This document shows positions 9,713 through 16,753 of a stretch of 20,000 nucleotides of DNA, in pieces (within the stretch, counting starts at the first letter, position 1; each line of letters opens with the position of its first letter). The stretch covers positions 183,821-203,820 of the forward strand of contig JABGXB010000003.1 of NCBI GenBank assembly GCA_018675975.1. The letters are read 5' to 3'. Under the pieces are notes generated by a model. The model saw nothing but the letters and a program-made list of their open reading frames with translations, was not told the DNA's origin and did no database searches. The position numbers and the translations under genes are program-made. Origin of the DNA: Candidatus Woesearchaeota archaeon (GTDB lineage Archaea > Nanobdellota > Nanobdellia > Woesearchaeales > JABGXB01).

Positions 9713-10120
9713 TTATCTTTTCTTTTTTGCAGGTTTCTTAGCTACTTTTTTTTTTGCAGGTTTCTTAGCTGCTTTCTTTTTTACTGCTTTTTTTTTAACT
9801 GCTTTTCTTTTTGCAGGTTTCTTAGCTGCTTTCTTTGCTACTTTTTTTTTCGCAGGTTTCTTAGCTACTTTCTTCTTAGTTGATTTTCTTTTTGAAGAAC
9901 CTCTAGCCATTTTTGTTCTTGCTACATTACCATTTTTATCTATAAAATATAAAAATCCTGATTCTCTTTTAACTCCACACTTAACAAGTACTTCTTGTTT
10001 TTTTGATGTTCGAACCCCTTTTCGTGCCATTTGACATCTAGCTACATTTCCTTTTTTATCTAAAAAATATAAATAACCAGATTGTCTTTTTATGCCGCAT
10101 TTAACTAAAACTTGTGCCAT
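9713..10120 (-). CDS. Small basic protein: duplicated ~35-aa domain plus Lys/Ala/Pro histone-H1-like tail; putative nucleic-acid/chromatin protein
   Basis: Two near-identical units (VLVKCGIKRQSGYLYFLDKKGNVAR / VLVKCGVKRESGFLYFIDKNGNVAR) then ~60 aa of AKKPA/KKKAV repeats. GAGGT Shine-Dalgarno and BRE/TATA upstream. Confidence 0.8.
   Translation of the reverse strand: MAQVLVKCGIKRQSGYLYFLDKKGNVARCQMARKGVRTSKKQEVLVKCGVKRESGFLYFIDKNGNVARTKMARGSSKRKSTKKKVAKKPAKKKVAKKAAKKPAKRKAVKKKAVKKKAAKKPAKKKVAKKPAKKKR
9729..9866 (-). repeat. Four copies of GCAGGTTTCTTAGCT (encodes AKKPA on the minus strand)
   Basis: Exact 15-mer at 9729, 9756, 9813 and 9852. Confidence 0.9.
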
Positions 10121-10171
10121 CTTTTTTTACCTCTTTAAAACAATATTTTTATTATTAATTAAGTTTTTTGA

Positions 10172-10187
10172 TTTATAAAGTTTTTCC
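10172..10187 (-). promoter_or_regulatory. Archaeal BRE + TATA promoter of the basic-protein gene
   Basis: Minus strand reads GGAAAAAC-TTTATAAA, about 50 nt upstream of ATG 10120. Confidence 0.65.
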
Positions 10188-10206
10188 TCGAAGACCCCTC
10201 GAGACC

Positions 10207-10305
10207 TTATTTAAACATCAATTGTCTCTTGCTAAACAAGAAAATAAACCCTACTGTTAACCAAAATACCCACCCGTCGATATAACCAAGTGCAAAAAAA
10301 GTCAT
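10207..10305 (-). CDS. Candidate 32-aa single-TM peptide, not in the ORF track
   Basis: Hand translation: MTFFALGYIDGWVFWLTVGFIFLFSKRQLMFK*. Hydrophobic stretch followed by KR; visibly more GC-rich than flanking intergenic DNA. Confidence 0.45.
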   Translation of the reverse strand: MTFFALGYIDGWVFWLTVGFIFLFSKRQLMFK

Positions 10306-10410
10306 ATTTAATATAAGAGTTATTATTAAAATTATATTTATTATTTTTAATAAAATTTTATTATTATTATTATCAATCATAAATAAATTAAAATTTAATC
10401 ATTAAAAAAA

Positions 10411-10815
10411 TTAATCTTTTTTTGTTCTCATATATTCAGAACAATTATCACTTGATAAATATTCATCATGTTTTTTTTCCAACTGCTTTGAAGATTCTTT
10501 TTGTGCTGGAGTAGAATAAAAAGGATTATTTTCAATTGTTATCTTTGAACTAGATAAACATCCGTCATAAAAAGATGAAGGGTTTGCTAAAAAATTTGCA
10601 AAGTTTTCTTCTAATTCCCTATTTTTCAATTCCTCTCTAAAATCTAACCCCATATTAGAACTTGTATCTAAATCATTATTATATCTAATATGTTTAATAA
10701 AATCACTAAATGATTGTTTACTAGTTGGATTCAATAATGAATTTAATTCTTCATTATCTCCTATAATTGCTCGTTCAAATTTTTTATATAAGTTTAATAA
10801 TTTGTCAAATATCAT
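10411..10815 (-). CDS. Hypothetical protein, 134 aa
   Basis: Open frame with GGTGAG Shine-Dalgarno-like element upstream; no recognisable motif. Confidence 0.7.
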   Translation of the reverse strand: MIFDKLLNLYKKFERAIIGDNEELNSLLNPTSKQSFSDFIKHIRYNNDLDTSSNMGLDFREELKNRELEENFANFLANPSSFYDGCLSSSKITIENNPFYSTPAQKESSKQLEKKHDEYLSSDNCSEYMRTKKD

Positions 10816-10927
10816 ATTATACCACTCACCAAGAGTTTATTTATAAAATTATCTTTGTCTCTATACTTATTGATATCAATTTAGTATATATTTTAATACT
10901 AAAAATAAGAAGAATTTTGTCAAATAA

Positions 10928-10935
10928 TTTATAAA
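10928..10935 (+). promoter_or_regulatory. TATA box for lysS (probably leaderless)
   Basis: TTTATAAA about 22 nt upstream of ATG 10957, with no SD sequence; AT richness lowers specificity. Confidence 0.45.
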
Positions 10936-10950
10936 TCGTTAATTAATTCC

Positions 10951-12483
10951 ATGAATATGGCTGAAAAGATTTCACAATATAGAGCAGATAGAATTAGAAA
11001 ATTAAAAGATTTAAGAGAAAAGGGAGTTAATCCTTATCCATATAAATATGAAATTAATGCAAAATCAATTGAATTAAAAAAAAAATATGATGCCATTTCA
11101 CCTGAAGAACATGTTGATAATGAATATAGTTTAGCAGGAAGAATTATGCAAATAAGAAATATGGGTAAGGCATGTTTTTTAAATTTACAAGATGAAGTTG
11201 GAAAAATACAAATTTATATTCAAGTAGATACTGTTGGAAAAGATAATTTTAAACTATTAAAAAAATTAGATATTGGAGATATTTTTGGAGTTAAAGGGAA
11301 TATTTTTAAAACTAAAACTGAAGAAGTTACTATTAATGTTAAAGAATTTACAATACTTACAAAAAGTATAGAACAATTACCTGAAAAACATCATGGTCTA
11401 GTGGATAAAGAAATAAAATTTAGAAAAAGATATTTAGATTTAATTGTAAATCCTGAAGTTAAAGAAGTTTTTAAAAAAAGAAGTTTAATGATTAGTACAA
11501 TTAGAAAATTTTTGGATAAAAGAAATTATATGGAAGTTGAAACTCCATTATTACAAACTCAATATGGAGGAGCTAATGCAAGACCATTTGAAACTCATAT
11601 TAATGCATGGGATATGAAAATGTTTTTATCAATATCTCCTGAACTTTATTTGAAAAGATTAATTGTTGGTGGATTTGAAAAAGTCTATACAATTTGTAAA
11701 AATTTTAGAAATGAAGGTGTAGATCATTCACATAATCCAGAATTTACAATGATTGAAATTTATGAAGCATATAAAGATTATAAAGATATGATGAAACTTA
11801 TTGAAGATTGTTATGAATTTGTTTGTTTGAAAATTAATGGGACAACAAATGTTCTTAAAAATGTTCGTGATCATGAAACTGGTGTAATTAAAGAAGTTAA
11901 ATTAAATTTTAAAGCACCTTGGAAAAGAATTACAATGGTGGATTCAATAAAAGAACATTTAGATATTGATGTTAATGAAATGTCAATCGAAGAATTAAAA
12001 AAATATTTAATTAAGAAAAAAATTGAATTGAAAAAAAAAGATATGTCATGGGGAGATTGTATTATAGAAATTTTTGATGAATTAATAGAACCTAAAATAA
12101 TTCAACCTACTCACATCTACAATAGACCTAAAGAATCCACTCCACTTTGTAAAGAACTTAGGGGAGATGATAGATTTGTTGAACAATGTGAACCAATTTG
12201 TTGTGGTATGGAAATAGGTAATATGTATAGTGAATTAAATGATCCATTAAAACAAAATGAACTATTAGAAGAACAAGCAAAATTATTAAGAGCTGGTGGA
12301 GATGAATCTCATCCAATGGATGAAGATTTTATTAATGCAATTGATGTAGGACTTCCTCCAACCGGTGGTATTGGTTGGGGTATTGATAGAATGGCAATCA
12401 TCCTATTAAATCAAGATTCAATTAGAGATGTATTATTATTTCCAACAATGAAAAATGAAACTAATGAAGAAGAAAAACAATAA
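10951..12483 (+). CDS. lysS: Lysine--tRNA ligase, class II (LysRS2)
   Basis: OB-fold (LAGRIMQIRNMGKACF), RKRYLDL, motif 1 EVETP, GGANARPF.TH, SPELYLKRLIVGG, motif 2 FRNEG....HNPEFTMIE, motif 3 GLPPTGGIGWGIDR, IRDVLLFP. Start may be 10957. Confidence 0.98.
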   Translation: MNMAEKISQYRADRIRKLKDLREKGVNPYPYKYEINAKSIELKKKYDAISPEEHVDNEYSLAGRIMQIRNMGKACFLNLQDEVGKIQIYIQVDTVGKDNFKLLKKLDIGDIFGVKGNIFKTKTEEVTINVKEFTILTKSIEQLPEKHHGLVDKEIKFRKRYLDLIVNPEVKEVFKKRSLMISTIRKFLDKRNYMEVETPLLQTQYGGANARPFETHINAWDMKMFLSISPELYLKRLIVGGFEKVYTICKNFRNEGVDHSHNPEFTMIEIYEAYKDYKDMMKLIEDCYEFVCLKINGTTNVLKNVRDHETGVIKEVKLNFKAPWKRITMVDSIKEHLDIDVNEMSIEELKKYLIKKKIELKKKDMSWGDCIIEIFDELIEPKIIQPTHIYNRPKESTPLCKELRGDDRFVEQCEPICCGMEIGNMYSELNDPLKQNELLEEQAKLLRAGGDESHPMDEDFINAIDVGLPPTGGIGWGIDRMAIILLNQDSIRDVLLFPTMKNETNEEEKQ

Positions 12484-12493
12484 TTAGTTATTT

Positions 12494-13459
12494 TTATAAT
12501 TTTTTAATTTTACAGATAAAAAATCCATCTGTATCATTATCATATGGATGAATTCTTAAACAGTTTTTAACACCAATATTTAATTCTTTATCAGCCCATT
12601 TTTCAAATGGTTTTGTACTATTCAAATCTAATTTTATATTCATTGTTTCTGCATTCTCAAATTTATTTAATAAATCACTTACCACACATTCATTTTCATC
12701 AGGTTCTAAAGAACAAGTAGAATATATCATAATACCTCCCGGTTTTAATGAATTAAATGCAATTTCAATTAACTTCTTTTGAGTTCTACTTAATCTTTTT
12801 ATCATATTACTATTCCATATTTTTAAAGTTTTTAATGACTTACTTATGGTTCCAGTTCCTGAACAAGGTGCATCACACAAAACTCTATCAAAATTATTAT
12901 CTAATTTTAAAGTTTTTGCATCTTGAAGTGTAATTACATTATTTCTTAATCCCATCCGAGTTGTATTTAAACCTAAACAACTAAGTCTGGAACCTTTTAC
13001 ATCATTTGATATTAAAAGACCAGTGTTTTTCATATATTGTGCAATTTGTGTTGTTTTACTACCTGGACTTGCACACATGTCTAATATTTTTTGATTTTCT
13101 TTAATTTCCATTACAATTGGAGGAATCATACTCATAGATTCTTGTACATAAATATAACCTAATTGATGTTCTAATAAATTACCAACATCACGTCTATCAG
13201 ATTCAATCCAAAAACCTTCTTTACACCAAGGAATATGACTTAAATTCCAATTTTTCTTTTTTATTCTTTTTATACATGACTCAATATCTATTTTTAATGT
13301 GTTTATTCTAATTGAAATTTTATTTCTTTTAAGAGAATAATCTATGAATTTGTCATAATTATCACCCATAATTATTTTATATGCTTCTACAAATTTATCT
13401 TTAAATTTTATACCATTACTATTTAATATTCTCTCATGGGATTTTTCTAAATCTGACAT
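12494..13459 (-). CDS. RsmB/NOL1/NOP2/Sun family RNA m5C methyltransferase
   Basis: IRINTLK, YVQE..SMIP, LDMCASPGSKTTQ, DAPCSGTG (motif IV Cys), YSTCSL..ENE (motif VI Cys), DGFF. Confidence 0.96.
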   Translation of the reverse strand: MSDLEKSHERILNSNGIKFKDKFVEAYKIIMGDNYDKFIDYSLKRNKISIRINTLKIDIESCIKRIKKKNWNLSHIPWCKEGFWIESDRRDVGNLLEHQLGYIYVQESMSMIPPIVMEIKENQKILDMCASPGSKTTQIAQYMKNTGLLISNDVKGSRLSCLGLNTTRMGLRNNVITLQDAKTLKLDNNFDRVLCDAPCSGTGTISKSLKTLKIWNSNMIKRLSRTQKKLIEIAFNSLKPGGIMIYSTCSLEPDENECVVSDLLNKFENAETMNIKLDLNSTKPFEKWADKELNIGVKNCLRIHPYDNDTDGFFICKIKKL

Positions 13460-13520
13460 TGATTTATAGAAAAATGTTTAATTTAAAAAATTATTTAAAT
13501 TAAAGATAAATCATTATTTT

Positions 13521-14414
13521 ATGGATTTAATTGATGAATGTAAAAATATTGCAAAAAAGTTGACTAAAAAAGAAAATTGCATGTTTTTAAGTAGTGCAGA
13601 TGATTGTTTTAAACAATTATTTGAAAATTTAAATGATAATATTAAAACAATTTATATTCCAAATGAAGGAGGTTGGCTTTTTTATCTTAAAGCAAAAAAA
13701 TTTGGTTATGAAGTTGTAAAATACGACACTCTTAATGGAATAGTCGATATTGATAATTTAAATATTGAAAATAATACATTAATTATTGTAAATAGTAGTC
13801 CAGGTTATTTAATTAATCAAAATTTAAAAAAAATACATGAAATTACTAAAAAGAAAAATTGTATTTTAATAAATGATGCATGTGGAAGTATTGGAAGTCC
13901 ATATGCTAAAATCGGAGATGTTATTATTTTTTCTTGTGGAAAACATAAAATTATTAATAATTTTTATGGAGGATTTATTTGCTATAATAATAAATTAAAA
14001 AATATAATTGAAACTCAATCTAATGAAAATAAAATTAATAAGGTAAAAATAATTAATTTAAAAGAATTTATGTCCAATATTAAAAAAAGAATTGAATTTT
14101 TATTAAATAAAAAAAAAGAATTATTTGAAAAAATTCAAAATGATAATATATTAAATAAATATAATATAATATTTTCAGATAATGTCGACTTTAAAAAATA
14201 TGGAGTTAATTTATTTTTACAATTAGATGATAATTGTTTTATGGAAAAAGAAATAATTATTAAAAATAAAAAAATAAAAAAATTAGAATTATGTGACAAA
14301 ATAAAAAATCACATAAATGAAAAATATTCGGAGTTTGAATATACACTTTGCCCAAGATATATAAGATTAAATAAATTAGGTATAAGTTTCGAAATTAAAA
14401 GATTAAAAAATTAA
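13521..14414 (+). CDS. PLP-dependent transferase-like protein (fold type I, DegT-like), function unknown
   Basis: INDACGSIG (Asp motif), FSCGKHKIIN..GGFI (candidate Schiff-base Lys region), IPNEGGW, C-terminal CPRYIR. Confidence 0.65.
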   Translation: MDLIDECKNIAKKLTKKENCMFLSSADDCFKQLFENLNDNIKTIYIPNEGGWLFYLKAKKFGYEVVKYDTLNGIVDIDNLNIENNTLIIVNSSPGYLINQNLKKIHEITKKKNCILINDACGSIGSPYAKIGDVIIFSCGKHKIINNFYGGFICYNNKLKNIIETQSNENKINKVKIINLKEFMSNIKKRIEFLLNKKKELFEKIQNDNILNKYNIIFSDNVDFKKYGVNLFLQLDDNCFMEKEIIIKNKKIKKLELCDKIKNHINEKYSEFEYTLCPRYIRLNKLGISFEIKRLKN

Positions 14415-14419
14415 TAATT

Positions 14420-15220
14420 TTATTTAAAACAAATATCATAAAAATCACATTGTCCTGAATGCCATTTACATAAGGGGGTTATTTTTTTAGGATAATCACC
14501 TATATTAATTGACTGAGTATTTATTTTAATTAATTCACATTCTAATTTTGCTTTTTTTAATAAATCCTGGTCCACATCAATAAAATGCATTTTACCGTGT
14601 TTTAAAAAATCAACCCCTACTTTATTTGGAAGTTTTTTATAATTTTGATAATATAATAATGCATATATGGATAATTGTGTTATATAATCTTCTGTCATTA
14701 TATCTTTTTTTGAAGTTTTATAGTCAACTAATATATCACCTTTTTTTCTTTTAAATATAGCATCAACAAAACCTTGAACTTTATGTTCCTGAGATATTAA
14801 TTTAATTTCAGTATTGGGTTTAATAAATAAAAATGATTGTGCAAAAGTTTTTGATTTACTTAATTGTATTTGAATTCTAGTACAAAAGTTTTTAATCCAT
14901 AGATTTATCATAAAATTAAATTCATCATATAATTCTGAAGATTCGTTTAATAAATTAATTTTTGATAATTGATGTTTTGTATTTTCAAATTCTTTATTCA
15001 TTAATTCTAAAATAAAAACAGTTAATTCCTTTTCATAATTAGTTTCATTAATATGACTGATATTAATTTTAAAAAAATTTTCTAATACACTATGTACTGA
15101 ATTACCAATTATTGTATATCTATTTGGCATTGAAGGTTTTTTTTCTATGTATCTATAATAATATCTCCTTGGACATTGTTTATATAAATTAATTGAAGAT
15201 GGACTTTGTAAACGAGACAT
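14420..15220 (-). CDS. PD-(D/E)XK nuclease, Cas4/AddB/RecB-like, predicted 4Fe-4S
   Basis: SPSSINLYKQCPRRYYY, G..VH..LE, motif II GFVD, motif III DYKT, motif IV QLSIYA, C-terminal CKW....CDFYDIC. Start moved to ATG 15220 (MSRLQ). Confidence 0.9.
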   Translation of the reverse strand: MSRLQSPSSINLYKQCPRRYYYRYIEKKPSMPNRYTIIGNSVHSVLENFFKINISHINETNYEKELTVFILELMNKEFENTKHQLSKINLLNESSELYDEFNFMINLWIKNFCTRIQIQLSKSKTFAQSFLFIKPNTEIKLISQEHKVQGFVDAIFKRKKGDILVDYKTSKKDIMTEDYITQLSIYALLYYQNYKKLPNKVGVDFLKHGKMHFIDVDQDLLKKAKLECELIKINTQSINIGDYPKKITPLCKWHSGQCDFYDICFK

Positions 15221-15241
15221 AATACAAAAAAAAATAATGAA

Positions 15242-15280
15242 TTTATAAATTATTTGAAACAATAGACAAACATTTATATA
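15242..15280. promoter_or_regulatory. Divergent promoter region
   Basis: TTTATAAA (15242-15249) about 22 nt upstream of the minus-strand ATG 15220. TTTATATA (15273-15280) plus a GGGGT SD-like element upstream of ATG 15315. Confidence 0.5.
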
Positions 15281-15314
15281 TTCAATATTAAAAATAATTC
15301 TTAGGGGTATAAAC

Positions 15315-16013
15315 ATGTCATTATTAAAAGATATTGAATCAAAAAACATATCAAAATTAACACATAAATTTTTTACCAGATTTGGAAAAGGAACATTTGA
15401 AAAAGAAATTTGTAAAATAACTAATTCTAAAAAAGAAATTAAATTTAATACTGGTTATGAATATAGTGCATTTTTAATTGAATTTATATCTAATAATTTA
15501 AATGAAGATTGTGAAATTGATGGAAAGTTTATAAGTCTAGATAATAATGAAGATGTTTTTTTAAAATTTAATGAATTAGAAATTATAAAATCTAATAAAC
15601 AATTTACTAAAGTTGAATTTAAAGGAAAATTTAGTAGTGAAAGATTTAAAGACTTTGTACAAGCAATAATTTTAAATGGAATTATATTAATTAATTTAAA
15701 ATCCCAAAATATTAATTTAAAAATGAAAAGAGCAATTCCAAAACCAGGAAAATTAATGGAAAATTTTTGTTCATTAAAATTAAACTTAACATTTAGCAAT
15801 AAATTAAAGGAAGAATTTTTTCCTGAAGCTCCTGATGTTTTTAAAAAAGGTACATGTCAGCATTTTTATATTATTGAAAGTATTGATATACCTGACGAAT
15901 ATAAAAATGATTTTGCTTTAGCAAAAATTCATGCTAAAAGAATTGGTCAAATAAAAAGAATCACCAATTTTGATGGTATTGAAAAAGAATCTAAAATCAA
16001 ATTTAATGCGTAA
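15315..16013 (+). CDS. Hypothetical protein, 232 aa
   Basis: Long open frame with SD-like element; motif-like ends FTRFGKGTF and AKIHAKRIGQIKR, and PKPGK. Resembles uncharacterised DPANN proteins from recollection (unverified). Confidence 0.8.
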   Translation: MSLLKDIESKNISKLTHKFFTRFGKGTFEKEICKITNSKKEIKFNTGYEYSAFLIEFISNNLNEDCEIDGKFISLDNNEDVFLKFNELEIIKSNKQFTKVEFKGKFSSERFKDFVQAIILNGIILINLKSQNINLKMKRAIPKPGKLMENFCSLKLNLTFSNKLKEEFFPEAPDVFKKGTCQHFYIIESIDIPDEYKNDFALAKIHAKRIGQIKRITNFDGIEKESKIKFNA

Positions 16014-16017
16014 TTTT

Positions 16018-16025
16018 TTTAAATA
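16018..16025 (+). promoter_or_regulatory. TATA box for RNase P RNA
   Basis: TTTAAATA about 20-26 nt upstream of the P1 5' strand. Confidence 0.5.
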
Positions 16026-16043
16026 ACAGTTTTTTCTTTAAAT

Positions 16044-16307
16044 TGTAGTGAGTGTAGTCTGCTATCGGTTTTTAACTGAGGAAAGTCCACCCACCACTAT
16101 ATTTGAAAACATGAGAAATCATTAAAAAATCAGAGAAGAAAAAACATGATTTAATTGCTTAAGGGATGAGAATGAAAAATTCGACTGCAATTAAAAGACA
16201 TTGAAAACTGATTTTACAAATGTGGTGCAAGCCTTTCGGCGCTTAGTAAAATGCAGATAATCTGTTTGCTTTGCACAGATACAAAAGGTGGCTTATTCAC
16301 TTCTACA
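16044..16307 (+). ncRNA. rnpB: RNase P RNA (archaeal, compact, type-M-like)
   Basis: CR-I GAGGAAAGTCC (16078-16088) and CR-V ACAAAAGGTGGCTTA (16281-16295) form P4. P1 TGTAG..AGTG/CACT.CTACA; P2 TCTGC/GCAGA; P3 TCGGTT/AACTGA; P5 CACCAC/GTGGTG followed by CAAG; P9 ATGA-GAAA-TCAT; P10/11 AAAATCAG/CTGATTTT; P12 TTAATTGC/GCAATTAA; P19 ATCTGT/ACAGAT. Confidence 0.95.
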
Positions 16308-16314
16308 TTTTTTT
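16308..16314 (+). terminator. Oligo-T archaeal terminator of RNase P RNA
   Basis: T7 run directly after the 3' strand of P1. Confidence 0.6.
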
Positions 16315-16394
16315 ATTTGGCAATTTGCCATAGAAATTAAAACTGTTTTCTATATGAATTAAAAAGCCTGTTCTCAATAAAAAATTAAAAAAAA

Positions 16395-16745
16395 TTAAAA
16401 TTCAGTAACTCCTTCTTTAGTTAATGCAGTAAAAGTATAATCTTTTTTTACTAAATTTAAAGAATGAAGTATTGCCATATGTTCCTTTCCAGTTCCACTG
16501 ATAAGATTTAATTTAATATCCCCATCTAAAGATTTGAAAATTGGAACTAATAAATCACAAATTTCATTAACAGAACCATTTTGTTCTATCAAGATAAATT
16601 CAGATTTATCATCTTTTTTAAATGTATCTTGACCAAATTGATTTGTTACCAATAAAACTTTATCAAAATTTCCATCTTGTATTAATCTTGATACATGACC
16701 CCATGTACCCTTTCCTGAACTCAAATTTGCAATTAATATTTTCAT
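16395..16745 (-). CDS. Small Rossmann-like (CARF-like) hypothetical protein, 116 aa
   Basis: N-terminal strand + Gly loop (ILIANLSSGKGT), alternating beta/alpha pattern, late LNLISGTGKEHMA motif. GGTG SD upstream. The CDS is secure; the fold is inference. Confidence 0.7.
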   Translation of the reverse strand: MKILIANLSSGKGTWGHVSRLIQDGNFDKVLLVTNQFGQDTFKKDDKSEFILIEQNGSVNEICDLLVPIFKSLDGDIKLNLISGTGKEHMAILHSLNLVKKDYTFTALTKEGVTEF

Positions 16746-16753
16746 TTTACACC

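Noticed and set aside
9713..10120. Naming the basic protein as histone H1, Hc1/Hc2 or a known archaeal chromatin protein
   Set aside because: Similarity is limited to the low-complexity tail; the core domain could not be assigned.
15221..15349. 43-aa N-terminal extension of the nuclease in the ORF track
   Set aside because: It overlaps the divergent gene and the promoter region; the family motif starts at MSRLQSPSS and a TATA box precedes ATG 15220.
14420..16745. CRISPR-Cas locus suggested by Cas4-like and CARF-like genes
   Set aside because: No repeat-spacer array and no cas1, cas2 or cas10; the 16014-16394 gap is explained by RNase P RNA.
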